A stretch of 13,776 nt of DNA. Source: Candidatus Altiarchaeota archaeon (GTDB lineage: Archaea > Altiarchaeota > Altiarchaeia > IMC4 > SCGC-AAA252-I15). Under the pieces are notes generated by a model, which had not been told where the DNA came from, searched no databases, and worked only from the letters and a program-made list of their open reading frames with translations. Numbering within the stretch: position 1 is the stretch's first letter; each line of letters starts with the position of its first letter. A program made the translations under genes and the position numbers. Of the stretch, positions 4,886 through 13,724 are shown piece by piece. The stretch spans positions 1 through 13,776 of the forward strand of contig JAPKXP010000112.1 in the NCBI GenBank assembly GCA_026394745.1, given 5' to 3'.

Positions 4886-6985
4886 TTATGATTTGATTAT
4901 TGCGGCGGCTAGTGCCGTTATTAGTATTGATATTGCTGGGAAGCAGCATGTTGTTGGTGTTTGGCCTTGTGTTTTTGTGTCTGGGCCGAGGTCCGTGTTC
5001 CATTGCAATGTTGTGTTTTCTGGCGTGTTGTAGGGTTGGTCTTTGTGCGTTCCAGTGGGTTTTAGGTTGAATGTGTGGGTGTCGAAGTAGTTTTGGTTGT
5101 CTGGCGTGGAGTAGTATTTTTGCCGGTATTCCTTGGTCGTTATTGAATATGTTTGCTGCGCCGTGTAGTCTTGCGAGTCGGGTTTGACTGTTAGGGTTGC
5201 GTCGACGTCGTCTGGAAGGGGCATGAGGTAGAGTAGTCCCTGCCGTACTTCAGTGTCGTACTCGTAGTCTTTGCCGTCCGCAGGGTTGTTGTAGTGTACG
5301 GAGACCTTGTAGTAGTGGACCTCTGTGTCAGGTACTTTTATGAACGCCTTGGGTATGTAGCCTGCGGTCTCCCGGAGGGGTCTTTCGTAGTTGGATGCCT
5401 TGCCGATTTTCTCGCCGGCGTTGTATGCCATTTGAGTGCGGTTGTCCGGAACGCCGTAGTCCACGAAGAATTCTCCGACTTCGTACATGCTGTTGTTTGC
5501 CGGCGGCGGGCTGTCCCTGTAAGGCTCGAATGCGTCGCGAGCGTGATTTCCTTCGCCTGTGTCAGCGAAGAATCCGTGCTCTATGAAGATTTTGTCTATG
5601 GCGTCCGCCTTGCCGGGGAATGCCGTCCTGAATGCGGTGTAGTATTCGTAGAAGTTCTTCCTTTTCACTTTTAGTATCGGCCACATCTGGCTTAGGTTGA
5701 GCGTCACCGTGTCGCCTTGGTCGTTGTTTTTGTCGTAGAGGTCCCATAGGACGCCGCATACGGCAAACTCTTCTGCGGCGCCGGTGCTGTCCCAGCTGCG
5801 GTAGTTGTTTTCCATGCTGCCGAAGCTGGCGTAGTGCTCAGGGTCGCGGTCGCCTCGGTAGTCTGAGATTGCCAGGGTCATGAATTCGGCGAAGCCTTCG
5901 ACGAAGGAGTCGCCGGTAGAAGGGTTGATGTACCCTGCGTGGTTTCGGCTGCCAGCCAGGGTGAATCCGTCAGGCCAGCCGCCGTAGGACGCGTACATGA
6001 GGTGGTGTGCAAACTCGTGGTATTCCCTGTTTTTCGGCTTGTTTGTTGAGCCGTAGGCGCTGTCGGAGAGTCCTATCGCCACCGAGGCGTCATTTGAGCT
6101 GTAGTATGTCTTTTGCCCGCTGGGGTCGATCCTCCTGTCTCCGATGACCGCCTTGACTGGGAGGTTGTAGTCTATGTTAGCCTTGAGATTTTTTATTGAA
6201 AAGTCCACTGCCTCGTGCATGTGGCGGTATATGGCTGCTATGTTCTCCACCTCAGATAGTTTTACGGTGGATTCTATTTTAGTGTCGTTGACTGTCAAGG
6301 TTTTGACTCCTGCGGGAGCATTAATCTTCAGGTCTATGTTTTGCGCAAGGTCCTGCTCCTCCCTGAGCTTGAACTCCTTTTTGAATGACTCGGGAGTCGA
6401 CACCCCCATGAGGCCGCCGCCCAGGGATATTCCGTGATTGACTGTGAAATAGTTTTTTTCGTTCCTGAAGTAGGAGAACTCGGCTGTTAGAGTAATCTTC
6501 ACGGGGTTGGTCTTGTTGTAGTGGAATTTTCCTAGTTGTATGACGTAGCTCCCGTTCTCGTTCGTTTCGTTGTATTGGCTGCTCAACGGCATGTCGGCAG
6601 TGACTGTCATGTATGGCAGGGGATTCCCGTGGCCGTCGGTTATCCTCCCTTTCAGAGCCCACTCTTTAGGTAGTGTCGTTGTGGTTGTAGTCGAGGTTGA
6701 TGTCGTCGAAACTTCGCCTGGGCAGGGTATGTTGGGGCGGACGCAGTAGTGCATGCTCGGGCATAGGGGGTCGTCCGGCGGTTTGACGCATTCCTTAGTC
6801 AGTTCGACGTTCTTTTTACAGTTGACGTTGTCGTACATGCACACGTAATCGACGCACTTGCCTACGCTTTCCTCCCAGCTGCGGCCGGGTGGACACTGCT
6901 GCCATCCGAGGGTTGTGTTTGAAAGAGACGCTATGAGAAGTAGGATAATCGCTATTTTAGTGCCTTGCTTTAGGCGAGCCATCAT
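4886..6985 (-). CDS. Large secreted/surface HExxH protein (putative zinc metalloprotease): signal peptide, Cys-rich module, Thr-rich linker, carboxypeptidase-regulatory-like beta-sandwich, HEFAHH domain, C-terminal 'CC-hydrophobic-KS' anchor
   Basis: N-terminus MMARLKQGTKIAIILLLIASLS. About 9 Cys lie in residues 30-90. The linker is STTSTSTTTTTT. 'GRITDGHGNPLPYMTVTA...NENGSYVIQL' is a CarboxypepD_reg-like motif. 'NREYHEFAHHLMYASYGGWPDGF' contains HExxH. There are many N-x-S/T sequons. The C-terminus is ...TPTTCCFPAISILITALAAAIIKS*. TATA-like AAATATAA lies about 20-28 nt upstream. Confidence 0.8.
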   Translation of the reverse strand: MMARLKQGTKIAIILLLIASLSNTTLGWQQCPPGRSWEESVGKCVDYVCMYDNVNCKKNVELTKECVKPPDDPLCPSMHYCVRPNIPCPGEVSTTSTSTTTTTTLPKEWALKGRITDGHGNPLPYMTVTADMPLSSQYNETNENGSYVIQLGKFHYNKTNPVKITLTAEFSYFRNEKNYFTVNHGISLGGGLMGVSTPESFKKEFKLREEQDLAQNIDLKINAPAGVKTLTVNDTKIESTVKLSEVENIAAIYRHMHEAVDFSIKNLKANIDYNLPVKAVIGDRRIDPSGQKTYYSSNDASVAIGLSDSAYGSTNKPKNREYHEFAHHLMYASYGGWPDGFTLAGSRNHAGYINPSTGDSFVEGFAEFMTLAISDYRGDRDPEHYASFGSMENNYRSWDSTGAAEEFAVCGVLWDLYDKNNDQGDTVTLNLSQMWPILKVKRKNFYEYYTAFRTAFPGKADAIDKIFIEHGFFADTGEGNHARDAFEPYRDSPPPANNSMYEVGEFFVDYGVPDNRTQMAYNAGEKIGKASNYERPLRETAGYIPKAFIKVPDTEVHYYKVSVHYNNPADGKDYEYDTEVRQGLLYLMPLPDDVDATLTVKPDSQDYTAQQTYSITTKEYRQKYYSTPDNQNYFDTHTFNLKPTGTHKDQPYNTPENTTLQWNTDLGPDTKTQGQTPTTCCFPAISILITALAAAIIKS

Positions 6986-7029
6986 TTACTAATCCGTGGT
7001 GTGGCTTATATTTGACTTTATTACGGCAT
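6986..7029 (-). promoter_or_regulatory. Putative leaderless promoter for the HExxH-protein gene
   Basis: Only 44 nt separate the mat stop from the protease ATG. The minus strand reads ...GTCAAATATAAGCCACACCACGGATTAGTAA-ATGATG, with a TATA-like box about -27 and no SD. Confidence 0.3.
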
Positions 7030-8103
7030 TTAGAAGCATTCGGCTTTTCCTGTGAGGCAAAGCTGCGTCATCTTTTGTATGTCGGCGAGCCACTTGTCCG
7101 CTATTTCTTTTGCCTTCTTTTCAATCTTCCTGTCGCCCACTACCTGGATGTCCGCGCAGAGCGGCTGGTCGATGGGCTTCCCGATCTGGCTCATCAGCCG
7201 CACGTACACCTGCTCCGCTCCTTCGTTTGCTATGTCTCGGGCACCGTTCGCGCGGTTTCCTCTGCCTACGCTTCCGTCGTCTCCCATCTCGCCGCTCGTA
7301 CCAGTAACAGTCAGGAATACTGAGCCTGCGCGGTAGTCGTCTGCGGTGTTTATGTCGACGACGACTTTTTCGTCTGTTATGCCTGCGATGCTGTCGAGTA
7401 TAAGCTTCTTTTCCTCTGCCATGACAACCTCGTACTCCTTGATGTTCTTGATGTGGCGTGAAACCATCGCGTTAGCGACAGTTAAAGTAATCTTGTTCTT
7501 ATATCTGACGCCCATCACCTTCACGTCTTCGCCGCTGCCCCGAATCTTCTTCTTCATCACGCCGTTGATGTACTTCTCGGTCTTGTAGACGAGCTCCTCA
7601 GTCAGTGAGAACGGAGCGTAGCTTACGCCGAATGACGTGTCATTGGACTTGGGCATTCCAGTACGACCGAACACATCCCTTAGGTCTGTTGAGCCTAGAC
7701 CAATCTTCTGGTCTACAGTCACGCCTGAAGAAACGTCTATGTGCGGGAAATTCTGTCTTAAGTAATCCCTGGCAGCCTTAATCGCGATGTCGCCGACTGG
7801 AATAAATTCGTCATCGACTTCAGTCGTTGCGCGGCCGCTCAAGAGGATGTAGATTGGCTTGATGACGCTTCCGGAACCGAATAATGGACTGCTCCTGCCG
7901 CCGACGAGCTCCACCTGGTCGGTGTTGTGGTGCATGATGTGGCCGTAGCGCTTCACGTACTCGTTGGAGAGTGCGCGGCTTACTGCTTCAGCCAGGCCGT
8001 CGCAGATGCTGTCTGGGTGTCCGATACCCTTACGTTCCACAAGCTCGACGTCTTGTTTCGCCACGGGAACGGAGTCTACGAATTCGACGGTGATGTTTCT
8101 CAT
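7030..8103 (-). CDS. mat: Archaeal-type S-adenosylmethionine synthetase (methionine adenosyltransferase)
   Basis: N-terminal 'VERKGIGHPDSICDGLAEAVSRAL...HHNTDQVELVGG' and 'LTVTGTSGEMGDDGSVGRGNRANG' are diagnostic of the archaeal MAT family and align by eye with M. jannaschii MAT. ATG at 8103-8101. Confidence 0.9.
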   Translation of the reverse strand: MRNITVEFVDSVPVAKQDVELVERKGIGHPDSICDGLAEAVSRALSNEYVKRYGHIMHHNTDQVELVGGRSSPLFGSGSVIKPIYILLSGRATTEVDDEFIPVGDIAIKAARDYLRQNFPHIDVSSGVTVDQKIGLGSTDLRDVFGRTGMPKSNDTSFGVSYAPFSLTEELVYKTEKYINGVMKKKIRGSGEDVKVMGVRYKNKITLTVANAMVSRHIKNIKEYEVVMAEEKKLILDSIAGITDEKVVVDINTADDYRAGSVFLTVTGTSGEMGDDGSVGRGNRANGARDIANEGAEQVYVRLMSQIGKPIDQPLCADIQVVGDRKIEKKAKEIADKWLADIQKMTQLCLTGKAECF

Positions 8104-8131
8104 GCTATAGATATCGGAATCATCCTTTATA
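8104..8131 (-). promoter_or_regulatory. 28-nt radA-mat spacer carrying TATAAA directly after the radA stop (about -22..-28 from the mat ATG)
   Basis: The minus strand reads TGA-TATAAAGGATGATTCCGATATCTATAGC-ATG. The spacing fits a leaderless promoter; alternatively the two genes are co-transcribed. Confidence 0.3.
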
Positions 8132-9067
8132 TCATTTAGCGTCGCGTATTCCGTCAGTCAAAACCTCGAAAACGCATTCTGCGTCTGGCATGCTGGGGCT
8201 GTCTATCATTTCGGCAATCCTCTTGCTTGCCTTGCCCTTCTTGAGGTAGACTCTGAAGGTGGAGTGGTGGCCTACGATGTGGCCGCCTACGGGGGTTGTG
8301 GGGTCGCCGAACATGATGTCCGGGCGTGCCATGACTTGGTTTGTCACCATGACTGCTGCGTTGTGCAGGTCCGCTATCTTCCGCTGGAGGGTGTGCATGT
8401 GGCGGTTCAGTTTTTGTTGTCTTGAGGCTAGCGTGCCCCTGCCCGTGTATTCGGCACGGAAGTGCGCGATTAGCGAATCTACTATGACTAGTTTTATGTT
8501 CTTCTCCTGCATTAGCTCTGATGCTTTTTCTGCGAGGAGCATCTGGTGGTCGCTGTTGTATGCCCTTGCGACTTGGATGTTTCCTAGAACCTCTTTAGGG
8601 TCGAGTTTCAGGGCTTTTGACATCTGTTGGATTCTTTCGGGGCGGAACGTGTTTTCGGTGTCGATGTATATTGCGCCGGCTTCCAGGCCGCCTTTATCCT
8701 TGGGTAGTTGAACGTTGACTGCGAGTTGGTGTGCGACTTGGGTTTTTCCTGAGCCGAATTTACCGAACATCTCGGTTATGGCTTGGGTTTCTATGCCGCC
8801 GCCGAATAGTTTGTCGAACTCCTTGCTGCCGGTGGAGAGTTTTCCTATTTGCTCTCTTTTTGCTAGTACTTCCAGGCCGGATTCGAAGCCCATTTGTAGT
8901 GAGTCTCTTGCTGCGTTGATTATTTTTTTGGCGCTGGCTTCGCCGAGGCCGACGTCAACGAGCTCGCCGACTGCGGCTGCGGCTATCGCCTCGATGCTTA
9001 CGTATCCTGCTTCCCTGAGTTTTTCGGCGATGGTTTCGCCTACTCCAGGTAGTTCTTCTAGGTCCAT
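8132..9067 (-). CDS. radA: DNA repair and recombination protein RadA
   Basis: The N-terminal helix-hairpin-helix '[20 protein letters not shown]' is followed by a RecA fold with Walker A 'GKFGSGKTQ' and '[15 protein letters not shown]'. 311 aa, no intein. A TTTTTAAC box lies about -30 upstream. Confidence 0.95.
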   Translation of the reverse strand: MDLEELPGVGETIAEKLREAGYVSIEAIAAAAVGELVDVGLGEASAKKIINAARDSLQMGFESGLEVLAKREQIGKLSTGSKEFDKLFGGGIETQAITEMFGKFGSGKTQVAHQLAVNVQLPKDKGGLEAGAIYIDTENTFRPERIQQMSKALKLDPKEVLGNIQVARAYNSDHQMLLAEKASELMQEKNIKLVIVDSLIAHFRAEYTGRGTLASRQQKLNRHMHTLQRKIADLHNAAVMVTNQVMARPDIMFGDPTTPVGGHIVGHHSTFRVYLKKGKASKRIAEMIDSPSMPDAECVFEVLTDGIRDAK

Positions 9068-9160
9068 TTTGGTACGTAATTAATGAGAGTTTTCGTTAAA
9101 AAGCCAGCCCACAGAGTGCGTTGTAAAAGTGTTCGCTTTGAACTTTGACGCTTTAGTTAC

Positions 9161-11113
9161 TCAGTCGACTATCTTCTCCATCTTTTTTATTATTTCGGAG
9201 CCGTCGACTAGGGAGTATTTGAGGACGTCGATTAGGGTTTTCGCAGTCCTTATTATTATTTTGCCTTCGTATTTTTTCTCTAGGAGGACGTCCTTCATGT
9301 TGCTTTCCGGGATTATGACTTCTTTCATGCCTGCTTCGGCTGCGGCTTCTATTTTCTGGGTTACGCCGCCGACCGGCAGGACTTCGCCTCTGACTGTGAG
9401 CGAGCCGGTCATTGCTACTTCCTGTTTTACGCCCACGCCTTCGATGGCGGATATGACTGCGACTGCGACGCTCACTGATGCGGAGTCACCTTCCACTCCC
9501 TCGTAGGTCTGGAGGAATTGTATGTGTATGTCGTGCTTGTAGATGTCTTTCCCGCTTACGTTCTTGAACAACGCGGAGACGTTGGTGACCGCCTCTTTGG
9601 CAATCTCCCCGAGTTTTCCTGTCGCGTAGATTCTAGCGCTCTCCTTGCTTTGGGCTGGAGCGACTTCGGCGACGATTGGTAGGACCGTTCCGCCTTCGCC
9701 GAATACTGCAAGGCCGTTGACGCGCCCCACCTTCTCTCCGCTCGTTATGAGTATGTTGTATTCCTTCTTGCGTTCTAGTATTACGTCGCCGACCTGCTGC
9801 TCCATTGTCCTTGCTGACTTCTTGCCTTCGAGAACATCCTCGGTCGTCACGTACTTGTGCTTCTTTTCGCTGGCTATGTCGCCTGAAGCGCGGATGAGCC
9901 CTCCAATCTCCCTGAACCGGAGGGTGATTTTGTCGCGCATGCCAGCCTTCCTTTTAGCTTCCTTGATTATCTCTTCCACTGCCGTTTTTGTGAAGTGCGG
10001 GATTTTACCGTCCTTCCTGACTTCCTGAGCGACGAACTGCACGAACTTCTTCCGGTTTTCGTCTGTGTCGTCTATGTTCTCTTTCATGAACACCTCGTAG
10101 CCGTAGCCCCTGATTCTGGAGCGTAGTGCGGGGTGCATGTTCTCTACGACGTGCACGTTGCCTGCCGCCACGAGGATGAAGTCGCATGGAACCGGGTCTG
10201 TTATGACCATCGCGCCTGAGCTCATCTCGCTCCTTCCGGTTATTGAAAGCTGCTTCTCCTGCATCGCAGTCAAAAGGTCGATTTGCGAGTTCCCGAGCGC
10301 CCCGACCTCGTCGATGAACAAGACGCCCTTGTTGGCCTTGTTGATTAGCCCGGCGACGACGCGAAGGTGCGCTGGGGTTCCGAGTCCGCCGGTCTGAAGC
10401 GGGTCGTGCTTTACGTCGCCGAGGAGCGCGCCTGCGTGGGCGCCTGTGCCGTCGTAGAACGGAGCCATCTTTTTCCTCTCGGCGTTGTCGACTATGACCC
10501 TGGGAATCAACGTCTTTGTTGAGCCCATCATGCCGCGGATGTTGACTCCGAACAGCAGGAAGAATATTATGCCGAATCCCATCCAAGCCGCTATGACTAT
10601 GCCATCTTTTATCAGCCCGAACATGTAGGCCGTAAGCGGGAGAACGAAGAACAGTAGCAGCATCGTCAGGACTCTGCCTCCGCCGTCTCTCCCGCCGTCC
10701 ACATCCTTCTCGCGCTCTGCCTTGATTATCTTCCTGCCTTCGCCTGCTGGGAAGACTTTTATCTTCGGGTTGTTCTCGTCCTCGAGGTTTGGTATGGACA
10801 GGATGTCGACGAGCGCCTCGCAGGGCAGTAGTTCGGCCATGGCGTTCGCGAGCATGCTCTTCCCGGTTCCGGGGTCGCCGATGAGGAGTATGTGCCTCCT
10901 CTGTTTGGCGGCCTTGCGTATGGTGTCGACCGCCTTCTCCTGGCCGATGACCTGGTCGATCAGCTTTTCAGGGACTTTGATGTTCTCAGTAGTCTCGAAG
11001 TCACTCCATTTGCTCATGGAGACTGCATCGATAAGCTTTTCAGCGCTTGATGCTGCCTTGACGGGCTCTACCCTGGCGTCCTGCTTGGACTGTCTTCCCT
11101 TTTTCTCCTGCAT
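9161..11113 (-). CDS. lonB: Archaeal membrane-anchored Lon protease (LonB): AAA+ module with inserted TM hairpin and a Ser-Lys protease domain
   Basis: Walker A '[10 protein letters not shown]'. The TM insertion is '[43 protein letters not shown]'. Catalytic 'GDSASVSVA' and '[11 protein letters not shown]' are present. The ORF-track start at 11119 is GTG; the first ATG is at 11113-11111 (MQEKKGRQ...). Confidence 0.95.
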   Translation of the reverse strand: MQEKKGRQSKQDARVEPVKAASSAEKLIDAVSMSKWSDFETTENIKVPEKLIDQVIGQEKAVDTIRKAAKQRRHILLIGDPGTGKSMLANAMAELLPCEALVDILSIPNLEDENNPKIKVFPAGEGRKIIKAEREKDVDGGRDGGGRVLTMLLLFFVLPLTAYMFGLIKDGIVIAAWMGFGIIFFLLFGVNIRGMMGSTKTLIPRVIVDNAERKKMAPFYDGTGAHAGALLGDVKHDPLQTGGLGTPAHLRVVAGLINKANKGVLFIDEVGALGNSQIDLLTAMQEKQLSITGRSEMSSGAMVITDPVPCDFILVAAGNVHVVENMHPALRSRIRGYGYEVFMKENIDDTDENRKKFVQFVAQEVRKDGKIPHFTKTAVEEIIKEAKRKAGMRDKITLRFREIGGLIRASGDIASEKKHKYVTTEDVLEGKKSARTMEQQVGDVILERKKEYNILITSGEKVGRVNGLAVFGEGGTVLPIVAEVAPAQSKESARIYATGKLGEIAKEAVTNVSALFKNVSGKDIYKHDIHIQFLQTYEGVEGDSASVSVAVAVISAIEGVGVKQEVAMTGSLTVRGEVLPVGGVTQKIEAAAEAGMKEVIIPESNMKDVLLEKKYEGKIIIRTAKTLIDVLKYSLVDGSEIIKKMEKIVD

Positions 11114-11115
11114 TT

Positions 11116-12102
11116 TCACTGTTTGCCGACGCTTTCAGGCAGCTGGTATATCATCTGGTTTGATGGTAGCGCTACGAAGTTCGTGTTCGGGTTCGTGTAG
11201 AGCTCCTCCATTATCTGAAGTTGCTTGAAGCTGTATGCGTTAGGGTTCGCCTTGATTGTGTCTGCTACCGTCTTCAGCGCCTCGGCCTCGGCTTTAGCTA
11301 CTATGATTTTGGATTCAGCCTCCCCTCTGGCAATCGCAATCTTGGCCTTAGCCTCGCCTTCTGCTATCGCGACCTGCTGGTTTGCGATTCCCTCGCCCTG
11401 AATCTTCAGCCGCTCGGCCTCCTTCTGCGTAAGCTCCAGTTCGTACTGTTTCTTGAATGCCTGCTGTTCCATGGCCTGCTTGTCTTCTATCGCGCTGGCT
11501 ATGTCGGTTGGCATTGCGACTTCCCGGACTAGCACGTCCTCGATTATGAATCCGTCCTTCTCGAACAGCGGCTTCAGCTTCACGAACGACTCCTGCTGGA
11601 GCCTTTCCCTGCCTGGGCCGTATATGTCTGTCACGGACATGTTGCCTGTGACTTCCCTTATGACGGCGCGTATCTCAGGAATCAAAGTGCCTTTACGGTA
11701 TTCTGTGGTAAGCTCCTGCACGATTGACGGCGCGGCTGATGCCCTCGTCTTGTAGAGCACTGAAACGTCGGAAGTGACGATAAGGCCCTCCTTTGTCGGG
11801 GCTGATATCGCTATGTCGTCCCCGCCGGGGTGCAGGTTTATCGTGTCTCTCGCAGTCTGCACTAGGTAGACTGACTGGACTAATGGTAGCTTGAAGCTCC
11901 ATCCGGGATTGCGGACTGAATTCATGCTGATTCCACCCCATGCCGTGTAGTCTACGCCTACAAATCCTGCTGGTATGATAACGAGTATGTCGCCGACTAC
12001 CGATAAGACGACGATAAGGAGGATGAAACCGACGAACAATCCTACCCCGGACTTGAACAAAGACGAAAACATGCCGCTGACATCATCGTATTTGGTTGCC
12101 AT
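11116..12102 (-). CDS. SPFH/band-7 (stomatin/prohibitin-like) membrane protein
   Basis: N-terminal TM '[18 protein letters not shown]' is followed by an SPFH domain and a C-terminal coiled-coil Ala/Glu/Lys-rich region ([33 protein letters not shown]). ATG at 12102. SD GGAGGG lies 7 nt upstream and a TATA-like TCTATATAAC at about -23 to -30. Confidence 0.9.
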   Translation of the reverse strand: MATKYDDVSGMFSSLFKSGVGLFVGFILLIVVLSVVGDILVIIPAGFVGVDYTAWGGISMNSVRNPGWSFKLPLVQSVYLVQTARDTINLHPGGDDIAISAPTKEGLIVTSDVSVLYKTRASAAPSIVQELTTEYRKGTLIPEIRAVIREVTGNMSVTDIYGPGRERLQQESFVKLKPLFEKDGFIIEDVLVREVAMPTDIASAIEDKQAMEQQAFKKQYELELTQKEAERLKIQGEGIANQQVAIAEGEAKAKIAIARGEAESKIIVAKAEAEALKTVADTIKANPNAYSFKQLQIMEELYTNPNTNFVALPSNQMIYQLPESVGKQ

Positions 12103-12157
12103 AAGAGACCCTCCGTATTTTAGTTATATAGATTACTATTACGGCGCTTGCTTAAAT
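12103..12157 (-). promoter_or_regulatory. Promoter for the SPFH-lonB pair (TATA TCTATATAAC plus SD GGAGGG)
   Basis: The 55-nt spacer after the kae1 stop reads, on the minus strand, ...GTAATAGTAATCTATATAACTAAAATACGGAGGGTCTCTT-ATG. Confidence 0.4.
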
Positions 12158-13132
12158 TCACCAGACGACTTCAATGTCGTCGGTCCTCTGACTCTGCTTT
12201 ACGACAGTATCTTCGATTCCCATCCGGACTCCCGCATCGTGCATTTTAAGGCCGAGCATCGCTATCATCACGCCGTTGTCGCCCATGTACTTCGCTGGAA
12301 AGCTGAATTTGGCGTTGTGTTCTTCGGCGACTAAACGTACCATCTCCTGCAGGCGCTTGTTGTTTCCGACGCCGCCTGTGAGAATCACTTCCTTTGCCTT
12401 CACGTGAGCTAGAGCTCGCTCAGTCACCTCGCAGAGCATCGCAAAGGAGATCTCCTGTATGCTGTAGCAGAGGTCTTCGAGCGGAACGCCCTTCTCGAAC
12501 TTCTGCAATGCCGCCGTGAGCATTCCGGAAAACGACAGGTCAGTGCCCTTGACGACGTAAGGAAGTTCAATGAAGTTTTTTCCGTTCCTCGCGAGCTCCT
12601 CAATCTTGGGTCCTGCTGGATGCGAAAGGCCGGCTTCTCTCCCGAACTTGTCGAGCATGTTGCCTATGCCGACGTCGAGCGTCTCGCCGAAGACCCTGTA
12701 TCTGCCGTCCTTCAGCTTTATGACTTGGCTGTTTGCGCCGCTGACGTAGAGCACTAGCGGGTCCTTGAATCCGGAGAGCACGTTGCCTACTTCGATATGT
12801 GCTATGCAGTGGTTGACTCCGATAACCGGTTTATGGTAGGCTAGCGAGAGTGTTCTTGCAGCGGTCGCTATAGTCCTAAGGCACGGGCCGAGGCCAGGCC
12901 CCTGGCTGAACGCGATTAGGTCTACGTCCTCCATTGTCAGTTTAGCCTGCTCTAGCGCCGCATCCAATGCAGGCCTCATGTTGTCGACCATGTGCTGGGA
13001 CGAGTCCCGCGGGTGGATTCCGCCCTTCTTTGGAGCATAGCTCTTCCGGACGTCAGCTAGGACATTGAATTTTCCGTCATTCAAACCTACGCCGAGCGTG
13101 TGGGCTGTGCCCTCAAGTCCTAATACAATCAT
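12158..13132 (-). CDS. kae1: tRNA N6-adenosine threonylcarbamoyltransferase Kae1 (KEOPS catalytic subunit), not fused to Bud32
   Basis: 'MIVLGLEGTAHTLGVGL...', 'GIHPRD', 'FSQGPGLGPCLR', 'VIGVNHCIAHIE' and 'LTGGVGNNKRLQEM' are the Kae1/TsaD family ASKHA motifs. 324 aa. Confidence 0.95.
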   Translation of the reverse strand: MIVLGLEGTAHTLGVGLNDGKFNVLADVRKSYAPKKGGIHPRDSSQHMVDNMRPALDAALEQAKLTMEDVDLIAFSQGPGLGPCLRTIATAARTLSLAYHKPVIGVNHCIAHIEVGNVLSGFKDPLVLYVSGANSQVIKLKDGRYRVFGETLDVGIGNMLDKFGREAGLSHPAGPKIEELARNGKNFIELPYVVKGTDLSFSGMLTAALQKFEKGVPLEDLCYSIQEISFAMLCEVTERALAHVKAKEVILTGGVGNNKRLQEMVRLVAEEHNAKFSFPAKYMGDNGVMIAMLGLKMHDAGVRMGIEDTVVKQSQRTDDIEVVW

Positions 13133-13208
13133 CGGGTTAATTAAAGGTTTTTCAGTCTATAAACCCGCCGGCATTATATTAAATAATAAGTAGTTTAATG
13201 TATTCAAC
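13133..13208. promoter_or_regulatory. Bidirectional promoter region between kae1 (-) and endA (+) with two opposed TATA-like boxes
   Basis: 76-nt spacer cgggttaattaaaggtttttcagtctataaacccgccggcattatattaaataataagtagtttaatgtattcaac. TTTATAGA on the minus strand sits about -28 from the kae1 ATG. ATTATATTAAATAATA on the plus strand sits about -25..-35 from the endA ATG. Neither gene has an SD. Confidence 0.4.
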
Positions 13209-13724
13209 ATGGCCGTGGGGATTCTTTCCGGTACGAAAGTCCTTGTGGGGGACAGCGACAGCAAGAGTCAGCTTAAGGAGCGCGGCTTCGGAGAGGAGGA
13301 CGGTAAACAGTTCTTCATCTCTCTTATCGAGGCCTGCTACCTTGTGGAGAGCGAGAAGCTGGATGTCGTCAAGGCAGACAAGAAGGTTTCTTTTGAGGAG
13401 CTTGTGAAGGTAGGCGGCAAGCATGAGAACGAATTCTACAACAAGTTCCTGGTCTTCAGGGACCTGCGGAACAGGGGCCTTCTGGTAAAGACTGGTCTCA
13501 AGTTCGGCACGGACTTTAGGATATACGACAGGGGCACGAAAGACGTGAGCGAAAAGCACTCCAAGCAGCTCGTCCACGTTGTTCCTGAGGAGTACACGTG
13601 CAGCTTCCCGGAGATGGCAAGAGCCCTGCGACTTGCAAAGAACGTGAACAAGGACATGATTTATGCGATAGTGGATGAGGAAGGCGACGTCACGTACTAT
13701 CTCGTGGACAGGGTCAGGCTCTAG
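13209..13724 (+). CDS. endA: tRNA-splicing (intron) endonuclease EndA, short (~171 aa) homotetramer-type subunit
   Basis: The C-terminal catalytic domain 'FRDLRNRGLLVKTGLKFGTDFRIYD...HSKQLVHVV' is typical of archaeal EndA. Its length matches the alpha4 type. Confidence 0.88.
   Translation: MAVGILSGTKVLVGDSDSKSQLKERGFGEEDGKQFFISLIEACYLVESEKLDVVKADKKVSFEELVKVGGKHENEFYNKFLVFRDLRNRGLLVKTGLKFGTDFRIYDRGTKDVSEKHSKQLVHVVPEEYTCSFPEMARALRLAKNVNKDMIYAIVDEEGDVTYYLVDRVRL

Noticed and set aside
4886-6985. Interpreting the serpin and HExxH protein as a cognate inhibitor/protease pair
   Set aside because: Serpins inhibit serine proteases, and some cysteine proteases, through an acyl-enzyme trap. A zinc metalloprotease would cleave the RCL, not be inhibited. 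The adjacency is reported as interesting but not as a toxin-antitoxin-like inhibitor pair.
8132-11113. Possible inteins in radA or lonB, which are common in some archaeal lineages
   Set aside because: RadA is 311 aa and LonB is about 650 aa, with contiguous catalytic motifs. There is no large insertion and no HNG or block-A/B intein signature.
8259-11755. Numerous plus-strand ORFs (8259-8711, 8715-9083, 9129-9506, 9645-10028, 10137-10397, 10722-11228, 11221-11532, 11453-11755) and the Arg-rich minus-strand ORF at 10005-10586
   Set aside because: All lie antisense to, or in an alternative frame of, the clearly homologous radA, lonB and SPFH genes. Their translations are low-complexity (S/P/A/R-rich) with no recognisable motifs, the usual shadow ORFs of GC-moderate coding DNA.
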